The notes under the pieces: generated by a model
What the model saw: only the letters and a program-made list of their open reading frames with translations
What the model was told of the DNA's origin: nothing
Databases searched by the model: none
From: an uncultured Alphaproteobacteria bacterium
Lineage (GTDB): Bacteria > Pseudomonadota > Alphaproteobacteria > RF32 > CAG-239
Reading direction: 5' to 3'
DNA: 42,763 bases
Assembly (NCBI GenBank): GCA_910580155.1
Contig: CAJTWX010000003.1
Location: 1-42,763, forward strand
Shown: in pieces, positions 1-8,601 of the stretch
How the letters are laid out: each line of letters opens with the position of its first letter
How positions within the stretch are numbered: position 1 is the first letter of the stretch
Position numbers and translations under genes: made by a program

Positions 1-38
1 TCTTCAGCCGTATGATGAATAAGATTAAAGAGAGGTAA

Positions 39-1433
39 ATGATAATTCGCGATTATAAAATTTCAGTTAATAATCCTCAAAACCCGCTTGCCTGCTATAA
101 CCAACTCCGCCCGTATAGAGAGGGAAAAGAGGAAATAAATTACGGAATTTGTTTAAGCTTTTTATGGCGCACAAATAATCCTAAAGTCATTGGCTGTATG
201 CTGGATATAATGGCATGGCAATTGAAATCCTCTCCTCAAAATTATATGCGATATCGTTACATTTTGTTGGGTTGCCTTATAGGGCGGGAATGCCGCGAAG
301 ATAACCTGCAAAAAATCGCCGCGATACAAAATCAGTTTGGCAATTTACAAAATGGCTTTGTTCCTGATTATATCTTAACGGCTGTTTTGGCAAATCGTTT
401 GCAATGTGATAAAACCGCCGAACTAAAAGAAATTTCTAAACAAATTCCGAACGAATATATTGTCGAACTGCAAAAAGAAATAAATCATTTAAACAAATCT
501 GCCCAAATACAAGCCAAACAGCAGAAAATTCTCAAACAAGCAGAAAGGCAAGCCGAAGGAAAAGAAGTATGGAAAACAAGCTGTACAAACGATAAGGGAT
601 GTGAAGTAACTCAAGAAATAGATTTAGAACGCTTTGGGAGTATTAAATTTCCTGAAAATGCCGAAAGGATATATATTTATAATCCGATTCCCCAAACAAG
701 CAATCTGGCTGAATTAAAAAAAATATTTACATTTTGGCCCGAAAAAGTCGACCTGACCAATTATGTCATAAAATTACCGGAATGCACCGAATATATTATA
801 TTAGGAGAAATAAAAGCCCCGACAGAGTTAGATTTATCACACTTGAAATCATTAAAAAGCTTCCATGCATCGAAAACGGATTTCACTAATACTAAAAGTA
901 TTGTATTTCCATACGGGCAGGAATTAAGCGAGCTGATGCTCTTTCATATAGAAAATTTTCCTAATGATTTTGATTTATCCGTACTATCTTTTGTGAGCAG
1001 ATATCGCACAGATTGTCAGTTTAAAGAGTCTGATAACAGCCGTTTACCCAAAAAGATTGGCACACTGGAATTGGCACAATTAACTGCAGAACAAGGAATT
1101 ATAGACTTTAGTTCAATAGAAAGTGCTGACTATGTCAAGTTTGAAAAAGCTATATTGGGAAAAGATGTGGAGATACGTTTTCCCCAAAATGTAAAACTGA
1201 TAACGTTTGAAGATAACAGCGTATTTTTGCCCAAACGATTAAATCTTGACATAGAGGGGCTTGAGGAAGTTATCTTTTGCGATAGCATACAAAAACATCT
1301 CAAAGAACTCATCCTTCCTAAAAATATTGACCATAAAAAGGTACAGCTTCCCTCCATTCCGGATTTAAAAGTATTTTACGGCACGCCTCCCAAACCAAAC
1401 TTATGGCAAAAGCTTTTTTCAAAAACAAGATAA
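39..1433 (+). CDS. hypothetical protein; central coiled-coil and C-terminal irregular leucine-rich-repeat-like region
   Basis: 464-aa ORF. ATG at 39 follows the purine run AAAGAGAGG and abuts a TAA (36-38) closing a frame that is open from the left edge. No family recognised. Lys/Gln-rich coiled-coil segment QKEINHLNKSAQIQAKQQKILKQAERQAEGKE. The C-terminal half has irregular repeats such as SIKFPENAERIYIY, IVFPYGQELSELMLFHIENFPNDFDLSVLSF, VEIRFPQNVKLITFEDNSVFLPKRLNLDIEGLEEVIF and LKELILPKNIDHKKVQLPSIPDLKVFY. Confidence 0.55.
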   Translation: MIIRDYKISVNNPQNPLACYNQLRPYREGKEEINYGICLSFLWRTNNPKVIGCMLDIMAWQLKSSPQNYMRYRYILLGCLIGRECREDNLQKIAAIQNQFGNLQNGFVPDYILTAVLANRLQCDKTAELKEISKQIPNEYIVELQKEINHLNKSAQIQAKQQKILKQAERQAEGKEVWKTSCTNDKGCEVTQEIDLERFGSIKFPENAERIYIYNPIPQTSNLAELKKIFTFWPEKVDLTNYVIKLPECTEYIILGEIKAPTELDLSHLKSLKSFHASKTDFTNTKSIVFPYGQELSELMLFHIENFPNDFDLSVLSFVSRYRTDCQFKESDNSRLPKKIGTLELAQLTAEQGIIDFSSIESADYVKFEKAILGKDVEIRFPQNVKLITFEDNSVFLPKRLNLDIEGLEEVIFCDSIQKHLKELILPKNIDHKKVQLPSIPDLKVFYGTPPKPNLWQKLFSKTR

Positions 1434-1594
1434 AATAATTAGGTAAAAGTGTTAAGTCATAATGAAACGATTTGTCGCCAACGCAAACGAACTTCTTTCC
1501 ATAAGTCATTGCGAGGAGGCGTTAGCCGACGCGGCAATCTTACGAGAGTATAGCAATATAAAAACAGAATAATAAATTCCTCCAACACCGCGCT

Positions 1595-1620
1595 AAAAAA
1601 AGCCCCGCAAAAACGGGGCT
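1595..1620 (-). terminator. rho-independent terminator downstream of ptsN
   Basis: The + strand reads AAAAAA-AGCCCCG-CAAAAA-CGGGGCT. On the minus strand this is a 7-bp GC-rich stem followed by a T-run, about 20 nt after the ptsN stop. Confidence 0.8.
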
Positions 1621-1640
1621 TTGACATTCAATGAACTTTT

Positions 1641-2084
1641 TTACACATTTAATACCGTGTAGATTTCATCAACCGAACGAGCCTTGCGCAATTTCTCGCA
1701 ATTGCCTTCTGTTTTCAAAATACGGGAAAGAGCCGCTAATGCAGTCAAGTGGTCTGCACCACTGTTTTCCGGACTGATGAGTAAAAAAACTAAATCTACC
1801 GGCTTGCCGTCCAGCGAATCAAAGTCAACCGGTTCATCCAAACGGGCAAACATACCACAGACTTTATCTAAACCTTCGATTCTCGCGTGAGGGAATGCAA
1901 CACCCTCTCCATAGCCGGTAGAGCCAAGATTTTCACGTTCCCAAACTGCATCAAAAATCACGCGTTCATCTAATCCGGCAAGCGCGGAGATTTTTTCAGC
2001 CAAGCCCTGTACAAGCTCGCGTTTGCTGGCTGCCTGAACGTGATCCAGAACCGCACTTTTAGAAATTATGTCTGCAATATTCAT
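1641..2084 (-). CDS. ptsN: PTS IIA-like nitrogen regulatory protein PtsN (EIIA-Ntr)
   Basis: Aligns by eye along its length with E. coli PtsN. Shared blocks are REKMGSTGIG/RENLGSTGYG, the phospho-His motif GVAFPH, and KPVDLVFLLISP. The ORF-track start at 2099 is a TTG. ATG at 2084 (MNIADII...) has a GAGGA 8 nt upstream, so I use 2084. Confidence 0.9.
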   Translation of the reverse strand: MNIADIISKSAVLDHVQAASKRELVQGLAEKISALAGLDERVIFDAVWERENLGSTGYGEGVAFPHARIEGLDKVCGMFARLDEPVDFDSLDGKPVDLVFLLISPENSGADHLTALAALSRILKTEGNCEKLRKARSVDEIYTVLNV

Positions 2085-2101
2085 AGTGTTAATCCTCAAA
2101 A

Positions 2102-2668
2102 TTAGTTATCTGCTTTCGGTTCAACCCAACCGATGTTGCCGTCTTTGCGACGATAAACCATACTAATATGATTGTTGGCGCTGTTTCTGAACATCAATGC
2201 GCCTTCATTGCTCAAATCCATATACATAACCGCCTCGCTAACAGTGCAAACCGGAATGTTGGCATCTGTCTCGGCAATAGTCAGCGGTGCATCAACGTTA
2301 ACATCAACTTCTTCATCTTGCTCAACCAAAGGTAAAACTGCAGAATAAGCCAATTCAGCTAATCCGACTTTGCTTTTATGTGCGCTTAATTTGGTTTTGT
2401 GCCGGCGCAGACGAGTCGCAATATGCTCGTTAGCATTATCAAATGCAGAATACGGGTCAGCAGCAGTGCCTGAACCTTTCAAAACAACGTTTTTCGCCGG
2501 ATGAACGGTAATTTCCGCCCCAAATTCTTCCCCTTCTTTAGAAAAAGCAACCGAGCAGCTGATTGGTGCGCTAAAGTATTTTTCTACGGAAACGCTTACG
2601 GCGTCTTCAACGTGTTTGCGCAATTTATCACTGATATCAACTTGTTTGCCTGATAATGTAACTTTCAT
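2102..2668 (-). CDS. hpf: ribosome hibernation promoting factor, long form (HPF)
   Basis: N-terminus MKVTLSGKQVDISDKLRKHVE is the typical HPF/RaiA start. The C-terminal dimerisation domain is present (PMTVSEA-like ...MVYRRKDGNIGWVEP). The ORF-track start 2683 is TTG. ATG 2668 is preceded by GAAGGG. Confidence 0.9.
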   Translation of the reverse strand: MKVTLSGKQVDISDKLRKHVEDAVSVSVEKYFSAPISCSVAFSKEGEEFGAEITVHPAKNVVLKGSGTAADPYSAFDNANEHIATRLRRHKTKLSAHKSKVGLAELAYSAVLPLVEQDEEVDVNVDAPLTIAETDANIPVCTVSEAVMYMDLSNEGALMFRNSANNHISMVYRRKDGNIGWVEPKADN

Positions 2669-2751
2669 CTCATATCCCTTCAAATATTTACTGTTTTTCT
2701 AATTCAAAGCATATCCCGAAAATCTATAAAAAGTCAATAAAAAAGCCACAG

Positions 2752-3492
2752 CTATATTGAAAAATTATCACCAAGATAAACTTTGCGGACTTCATCACTT
2801 GCCACAATCTCCTCTGGCGTTCCTTCCATAAGTACAGCTCCGCCGTGTAAAATATATGCTCTGTCAATAATATCAAGCGTTTCGCGTACATTATGGTCTG
2901 TAATAAGCACTCCCAGACCGCGGTTTTTCAATTGTGACACCAGTTCCCTGATTTCACCGACTGCAATCGGGTCAATCCCCGCAAGCGGTTCATCAAGAAG
3001 AATATAGTTCGGCTGTCCTGCCAACGCACGGGCAATTTCTAACCGCCGCCGCTCACCGCCTGAAAGGGCAATGGAGGGTGATTTTCTTAAATGCGCAATA
3101 GAAAACTCATTTAATAGCTCTTCAAGCATATAATCGCGTTTTTCTTTATCTTCTACCACAATCTCTAAAACAGCCTTGATATTGTCTTCAACCGACAAAT
3201 TACGGAAAATAGACGCTTCTTGCGGTAAGTAGCCGATTCCCATCCGTGCACGCTTATACATTGGCATATAAGTAATATCCTGCCCGTCGATGTGTACATC
3301 GCCGTAATCAGGCGTAATCAAACCGGTCACACAATAAAAACAGGTTGTTTTGCCGGCACCGTTAGGACCTAACAGTCCCACAGCCTCGCCGCGGCGCACA
3401 TTCAAAGAAACATTGCGTAAAACACTGCGATTCTTATACCGTTTGCCGATGTTAAAAACCTCTAAAATAGAGTCTTGTGTGCATTGAACCAT
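2752..3492 (-). CDS. lptB: LPS export ABC transporter ATP-binding protein LptB
   Basis: Walker [10 protein letters not shown], signature LSGGERRRLEIARAL, Walker B ILLDEP, H-loop ITDHN. It sits directly after lptC/A as in the canonical cluster. ATG 3492 (MVQCTQ...) lies 2 nt after the upstream stop and has an AAGGA; the longer ORF-track start overlaps the upstream gene. Confidence 0.92.
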   Translation of the reverse strand: MVQCTQDSILEVFNIGKRYKNRSVLRNVSLNVRRGEAVGLLGPNGAGKTTCFYCVTGLITPDYGDVHIDGQDITYMPMYKRARMGIGYLPQEASIFRNLSVEDNIKAVLEIVVEDKEKRDYMLEELLNEFSIAHLRKSPSIALSGGERRRLEIARALAGQPNYILLDEPLAGIDPIAVGEIRELVSQLKNRGLGVLITDHNVRETLDIIDRAYILHGGAVLMEGTPEEIVASDEVRKVYLGDNFSI

Positions 3493-3496
3493 AATC

Positions 3497-4738
3497 TTAT
3501 TTTCCTTTTTTGCTTTTAAAACTGCTTTCCAAAAGTTTGCCGGAAATGCGTCCGCCGTTTTTAGCAATTAACCGGCTTTGCGAGGTGTTAAAGTCTGAAA
3601 TGGCCTTATCGCCGCGTACCGCATTGCCCTCTTTGGTAAGAACAACATTATTTTCAAGTTCGGCTTGATTCCTTTTGATATAATAAACGCCGTTATCAGC
3701 CGTTGCCGTACCGCTTTCTTGTTGAACTTTGACACCGCCATAAAAACGCAGCTCGTCTTTTGCCTCAAAATAAATTGCTTTAGGAGCGGTGATAACATTT
3801 GCTCCTTTAACGATTCGGACATTATTTTCCAAAGTGAAAGTTTTTTTGCCTAAATCATACAATCCGTTTTTCGCCGTTGCCACATAACCGCTGTTATCAA
3901 TAATCTTGACATTATCAATCAGTTTCATCTGCCCGTTGGCAGCGTTATATTCGCCATTGTCGGCAAAAGCTTTTTTTCCACCGGAATAAAGTTCTGTGTG
4001 CCCTTTGCTGAATGCCTTGTCAATTTCAAACTTTTTTGTATCTTTAAAAAAAGCAGTCAGTTCATCACCTTTCAAAATATCATTTCCTTTGGTAACAGTT
4101 GCGTTAGTTGAGATAAATTTGTTGTTATTGGCAAATAAGATTGCTTTATCAGGCGAGCGTAATTCCGTATCCGCACTTTTCATATATACATTGCCAATAA
4201 GTGTCATAATGCCTTTAGCTTTATCAAACGTAAACCTGTCAGCCTCAAAGTTTCCCTTTTCTCCGTTGCCGATAACTTTTTCATTGCCAAACCCCCGTTC
4301 GGACGCAAAATTATACGTTCCGCTGTTGGTTTTTATTTCCATCTGTTTGTCATAATTGGCAATAACATTTGTTGTCAGTACCAGTTCCTGCTTGTTTTGA
4401 TTATATGCACCGGCAAGGGCAGTCAATGTAATTGTTTTTCCGTTATCCAGTGTTTGCGCATCGGGATTAGTCAAATCATAAATTTTCTTCCCCGGAGTGT
4501 TCTCTTCCACCACATCAGCCTTTAAAATACTGAATTTACCATCTTTATCAGTAATTTCAAAAACCGTATTTTTCATTCGGAATTTTTCAAAATAAAGCTT
4601 TTCTTCATCAGCAAGCTCAACAGCCGTATCAGCACTGTTGTCAAAATCAAACAAGACGATTCCCAGCCCCAGAAGCAATGCTACCAGACACGGAAGGAAA
4701 AGCTTAAAAAAACGCACGACTTTCATCCGACGGCTCAT
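3497..4738 (-). CDS. fused LptC-LptA-like LPS transport protein (N-terminal membrane anchor, two OstA/LptA-type beta-jellyroll regions)
   Basis: One uninterrupted frame lies between kdsD and lptB, where separate lptC and lptA normally sit. A single N-terminal TM segment is present (FFKLFLPCLVALLLGLGIVLF). The first half is LptC-like. The second half has LptA/OstA-type repeats (GNVYMKSADTELRSPDKAILF, DNVKIIDNSGYVATAKNGLYDL, ENNVRIVKGANVITAPKAIYF, ENNVVLTKEGNAVRGDKAISDF). There is no internal signal peptide or start context. Start is uncertain: first ATG is 4738 (MSRRMKVV...), and a TTG at 4813 abuts the kdsD stop. Confidence 0.7.
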   Translation of the reverse strand: MSRRMKVVRFFKLFLPCLVALLLGLGIVLFDFDNSADTAVELADEEKLYFEKFRMKNTVFEITDKDGKFSILKADVVEENTPGKKIYDLTNPDAQTLDNGKTITLTALAGAYNQNKQELVLTTNVIANYDKQMEIKTNSGTYNFASERGFGNEKVIGNGEKGNFEADRFTFDKAKGIMTLIGNVYMKSADTELRSPDKAILFANNNKFISTNATVTKGNDILKGDELTAFFKDTKKFEIDKAFSKGHTELYSGGKKAFADNGEYNAANGQMKLIDNVKIIDNSGYVATAKNGLYDLGKKTFTLENNVRIVKGANVITAPKAIYFEAKDELRFYGGVKVQQESGTATADNGVYYIKRNQAELENNVVLTKEGNAVRGDKAISDFNTSQSRLIAKNGGRISGKLLESSFKSKKGK

Positions 4739-4815
4739 AAAAATCTTTTCTTTTTCATCTAAAAGATTTTTATCTTCACTGAAAAAACTGTCTATTTTCT
4801 GTGTATCAAACAAAA

Positions 4816-5808
4816 TCAGGCAACTCCGGCTTTAAGGCAGTCGTGAATATGGATAACGCCGACCGGCTTTTTATCCTGCACCACAAAAAGGTTGGTAATA
4901 CCTCTTCCGGTGTTATTCATTACGTTTACCGCGTCCACAATCAGTGCCTCAGGGGTGATAACTTTCGGATTCTTCGTCATCACGTTAACCACCTTTTCGG
5001 TAATCAAATTCGGAGACATCCAACGCCGCAAATCGCCATCAGTAATAATTCCGGTCAAACAGCCGTTGCCGTCAATTACACCGACGCAGCCAAGCATTTT
5101 CTCACTCATTACCAACAGTGCATCTTGCATAATTGCATTTTCATTTAAAAGCGGCATCTCATTGCCTTTGTGCATAATGTCGGCCACACGGCATAAAATA
5201 GAGCCAAGCTTTCCTCCCGGATGACGCTGGCGGAAATCAGTTGCCGAAAAACCTCTTCTCTCCATCAAATCAACTGCAAGCACATCGCCCAGAACAATTG
5301 TTGCCGTGGTTGAAGAAGTCGGTGCAAGCCCAAGCGGACAAGCCTCGCCATTGTCCGGCAGTTTTAAAACAAGAGAAGAGTTTTTGCCCAGAGCGCTTTC
5401 CGGATTGCGGGTAATTGCAATCAACGGAATATTTCTACGTTTAGCATACATCAGAATATCAGAAAGTTCTCTCGATTCGCCGCTGTAAGAAATCGCGATA
5501 ATCACATCGTCTTCAGATATCATACCCAAATCGCCGTGGCTGGCTTCTGCCGGATGTACAAAGAAAGATACTGTGCCGGTAGAGGCAAACGTAGCCGCCA
5601 TCTTGCGTGCAATATGTCCGGATTTTCCCATTCCGGTCACAATTACGCGCCCTTTGGTGTTCTGCAGCAAATCCAATGCTTCGGAAAGTTTTTCATCAAA
5701 ACTGTTTTTCAATAATTCCAACGTTTCAATTTCACGGTCAATCGTTTCAACTGCGTGTCTCAAGTCATCATATTTCAAATTGCTGTTAGATGTGTTTAAA
5801 TTCTCCAT
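4816..5808 (-). CDS. kdsD: arabinose-5-phosphate isomerase KdsD (SIS plus tandem CBS domains)
   Basis: SIS motif VIVTGMGKSGHIARKMAATFASTGT. C-terminal CBS pair (VADIMHKG..., VVNVMTKNPKVITPEALIVDAV). Its position upstream of lptC/A/B is as expected. Confidence 0.9.
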   Translation of the reverse strand: MENLNTSNSNLKYDDLRHAVETIDREIETLELLKNSFDEKLSEALDLLQNTKGRVIVTGMGKSGHIARKMAATFASTGTVSFFVHPAEASHGDLGMISEDDVIIAISYSGESRELSDILMYAKRRNIPLIAITRNPESALGKNSSLVLKLPDNGEACPLGLAPTSSTTATIVLGDVLAVDLMERRGFSATDFRQRHPGGKLGSILCRVADIMHKGNEMPLLNENAIMQDALLVMSEKMLGCVGVIDGNGCLTGIITDGDLRRWMSPNLITEKVVNVMTKNPKVITPEALIVDAVNVMNNTGRGITNLFVVQDKKPVGVIHIHDCLKAGVA

Positions 5809-5914
5809 TTTCAGTCCTGCCTTATAAAATATTCTATATGCGGGGATAATCTCATAATTTTTCTAATTGTGCAAGTTTTATTTATTAACAGAGCGAATTT
5901 ATAATATCGGAAAA

Positions 5915-6370
5915 CTAAACTTTTTGCTCAAAACTGCCGTTGGCATTTTGCTGCCAATAGTGCAATTCGCCGCCCAGTGACTTAATCTCTTTCCAATAAG
6001 CCCGCGCATTGTTTAAAGCTGTTTCGTCATTGCCGTCAAATATGTTTAAAACCCGCTCATATGCGTCTAGTTTTTCAACCGCAATCTGTGCACCATCTGC
6101 CAAAATAAGTAATAAAGCATTGTTTTCATTAGTTTCATCTGCGGAAATAAAAATCGGCTGTTCTTCGGCAAAACCATCACGTTTGCTGCCGTGCGGCAAA
6201 AAAGATTCTTCACTGTATGTCCATAATAAAGAATTGATAAATTCGACACGTTCAGCATTTCCAAGTAGAATTTTGATGCGCTTTCCGGTTGCATATGCTT
6301 TTTCGCAAAGCTTCGGCAAAATCTGCTCCAGCGGCGCTTTTTGCAAATGGTAAAAATCAATTCTAGTCAT
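5915..6370 (-). CDS. holC: DNA polymerase III chi subunit HolC
   Basis: 151 aa. MTRIDFYHL... LLWTYSEESFLPHG is the characteristic chi-subunit N-terminal block. Confidence 0.8.
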   Translation of the reverse strand: MTRIDFYHLQKAPLEQILPKLCEKAYATGKRIKILLGNAERVEFINSLLWTYSEESFLPHGSKRDGFAEEQPIFISADETNENNALLLILADGAQIAVEKLDAYERVLNIFDGNDETALNNARAYWKEIKSLGGELHYWQQNANGSFEQKV

Positions 6371-7712
6371 TTTCCTGCTCCATCTTCACCGTAGCATAAA
6401 ATGTATTGTCTATTCCCTGCACAAATAATGTCATCGGGCGGAAGTCATCCATTGCTGCATTACGAATATTCTCAAGCAGGTTGTCTGCAGTATAAATATC
6501 TGCCCTGTCAGCCTCGAGCAATATATCACCCTGCTTAATTCCGGTTCCTAGCAACGGTGAGCCGTTTTCAATTTTCATCACCATTAACCCCCGCGGGCTT
6601 GCTTCTTTGACGGCAATTCCTAGTTCAGAAATATAAAAAATGCCGCTTTCAATATTTTCGTTATAGTATTTGCTGCTTTCGATCAAAGCTTTATTGGTAA
6701 CATTTTTTAAAGCTTCTGCCGGCATTTCTTGTACGCGGATAACATTGCGAATTTCTTCTCCGAAACTTATAGTCTTTAAGCGCAGGGCTTTTCCGGGTTC
6801 CATCGTTTCGGCAAAACGCAAAAAGGCATCAATATTTTCCGCCGGCGTATCATTATAGGCAATAATAATATCTCCAACGCGGATTCCTTCTTTATATGCG
6901 TTCGATTCTTCGCTGATTTCCGTAACCACAAAACCCGATTTATCCGTGTATCTGTCAATTCCGTTGGCAACCGACATACCAATCCAGCTGCGGCGAACTT
7001 TGCCGCTGTCAATCAGTTGTGAAGAAACCCAGTTGGCAATATTTGAGGGTAGTGAAAAACCAACACCACTTGCGCCTTTAGTGGTAAATATCGCCGCATT
7101 AACACCGATAACCTCGCCCGCAAGGTTAAACATCGGCCCTCCCGAATTGCCTTGGTTGATGGCTGCATCCGTCTGGATATATTGCTGTTCGTTTAAACCG
7201 ATATTACGGGACTTGGCAGAGATAATCCCCTGTGATACACTGACACCAAGTCCGTACGGATTTCCGAAAGTCAAAACCTTGTCGCCGATTCGTGCTTTGT
7301 CAGCGTTGCCGAACTTGATATGTTTGAAAGTTTCCGGTTGGCCATTTTTTGATTTTCCGCTGATTTTTAAAACAGCCAAATCGCTAGGTGTATCAACCCC
7401 GACAATTTTAGCTTCGTATGTTTTGCCGTTATCCGTAATAACGGTAATCTTTTTTGCTTTATTGATAACGTGGGCATTCGTTAAAATATGTCCGTCACTG
7501 CGGATAAAAAAGCCGGAACCTAATGCTTCTCTGCCGCTTAGTGCCGGTTCAAGCATAACATTGTCAATATCTTCGTTATCGCTAACAGTTTGGCGCTCAG
7601 TTGAGATGTTAACCACCGAGGGCATTAACTCTTCAACTAAATCAGCGTATGAATCCATTGCCAATGCTGGCATAGTTATCAAACAAAATACAGCAGAAAA
7701 TAACAAACGCAT
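6363..7712 (-). CDS. periplasmic serine endoprotease, DegP/DegQ (HtrA) family, two PDZ domains
   Basis: Signal peptide MRLLFSAVFCLITMPALA. Catalytic triad contexts ILTNAHVI, SDLAVLKI and GNSGGPMF. Two PDZ-like regions follow. It lies downstream of hflK-hflC as in many alphaproteobacteria. Confidence 0.9.
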   Translation of the reverse strand: MRLLFSAVFCLITMPALAMDSYADLVEELMPSVVNISTERQTVSDNEDIDNVMLEPALSGREALGSGFFIRSDGHILTNAHVINKAKKITVITDNGKTYEAKIVGVDTPSDLAVLKISGKSKNGQPETFKHIKFGNADKARIGDKVLTFGNPYGLGVSVSQGIISAKSRNIGLNEQQYIQTDAAINQGNSGGPMFNLAGEVIGVNAAIFTTKGASGVGFSLPSNIANWVSSQLIDSGKVRRSWIGMSVANGIDRYTDKSGFVVTEISEESNAYKEGIRVGDIIIAYNDTPAENIDAFLRFAETMEPGKALRLKTISFGEEIRNVIRVQEMPAEALKNVTNKALIESSKYYNENIESGIFYISELGIAVKEASPRGLMVMKIENGSPLLGTGIKQGDILLEADRADIYTADNLLENIRNAAMDDFRPMTLFVQGIDNTFYATVKMEQEND

Positions 7713-7724
7713 CCGTTCGAACCT

Positions 7725-8588
7725 TTACTTCAAAGACTTGCCGAAATATTTAAAGAACTCGCCTTCCGGTGCAATTACCATTGACGTTTCGTCATTAAAA
7801 GAGTTGCGGTAAGCTTCAAGTGAACGGTAAAAAGAATAAAACTCAGGGTCTGCTCCCGTGGCATTATTCCATATCTCCGTAGCTTTTTTATCGCCTTCAC
7901 CCTTAATTTTTTGAGCTTCTTTTTCTGCATTGGCAACAGTAATTGTTGCTTGTTTATCAGCTGTTGCGCGAATTTCCTGCGCAGCTTTTTCGCCGTCTGC
8001 CCGATAACCTTTTGCCTCGCGAATTCGTTCCGTTTTCATCCGGTCGTTAATTGCCTGTGATACCTGAACCGGCAAATCGGCTCTGCGGATTCGTACGTCA
8101 GCAACTTCCACGCCAAGCTGCGCCGCATCTGCCTTAACTGCCTGACTGATACGTTTCATAATCTCATTTCTCTTTTCGGATAAAAGCTCTTTTAAGGTAA
8201 CAGTCGCTAGCACATTTCTGGCCGAAGAGTTGACTATTTCCTGCAGCCGGTTCTGTGCCTGATATTCGGTGCGAACGGTTTTATAAAATGTCAGCGGTTC
8301 CGTAATCCGATAGCGTGAAAAAGTGTCAACATCCAAACGTTTTTTATCTTTCAACACCACTTCCTGTGCTGGTGGCTCCAGATTAAGTAAGCGCTTGTCA
8401 TAAAAAACGACATTCTGGATAAAAGGAACTTTGATTTTAAGCCCCGGCTCCTGCACCAGACGCACAGGGTCGCCAAATTGCAAAACAATTGCCTGTTCAG
8501 GCTGCCGGACAATATAAAAGGCCTGTGCTGCAATAACCAAAACAAGTGCCGCACCGATTAAAATATATTGTAAATTCTTCTTCATCAT
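7725..8588 (-). CDS. hflC: protease modulator HflC (SPFH/band-7)
   Basis: N-terminal TM followed by an SPFH domain, directly after hflK. Typical HflC blocks are present (FIQNVVFYDKRLL, YYSFYRSLEAY). Confidence 0.9.
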   Translation of the reverse strand: MMKKNLQYILIGAALVLVIAAQAFYIVRQPEQAIVLQFGDPVRLVQEPGLKIKVPFIQNVVFYDKRLLNLEPPAQEVVLKDKKRLDVDTFSRYRITEPLTFYKTVRTEYQAQNRLQEIVNSSARNVLATVTLKELLSEKRNEIMKRISQAVKADAAQLGVEVADVRIRRADLPVQVSQAINDRMKTERIREAKGYRADGEKAAQEIRATADKQATITVANAEKEAQKIKGEGDKKATEIWNNATGADPEFYSFYRSLEAYRNSFNDETSMVIAPEGEFFKYFGKSLK

Positions 8589-8601
8589 AAACTCCGTATT
8601 C

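Noticed and set aside
1-38. An open frame (..FSRMMNKIKER*) running off the left edge and stopping at 36-38, directly before ORF1.
   Set aside because: It is probably the 3-prime end of an upstream gene. Twelve codons are too few to call or identify.
1462-1572. 36-aa ORF MKRFVANANELLSISHCEEALADAAILREYSNIKTE in the 207-nt gap after ORF1. It contains GTCATTGCGAGGAGG...GACGCGGCAATCT (1505-1540). This reminded me of short intergenic repeat motifs whose translations (HCEE...DEAI / SLRG...RRGNL) recur as spurious ORFs in other genomes.
   Set aside because: It has no SD and only one copy occurs in this window, so neither a gene nor a repeat family can be supported. A genome-wide count of the motif would decide.
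6946-7812. 288-aa + strand ORF antisense to degP. Similar long antisense ORFs occur at 41707..42309 (opposite pgk), 13538..14059 (opposite rpoZ), 34066..34550 and 35133..35537 (opposite leuS), and 22482..22859.
   Set aside because: Each lies entirely inside a confidently identified gene on the other strand. Their compositions are low-complexity and Ser/Leu/Ile-rich, typical of shadow frames (for example the poly-Ser ORF opposite the acidic tail of rpoZ). None has an SD.
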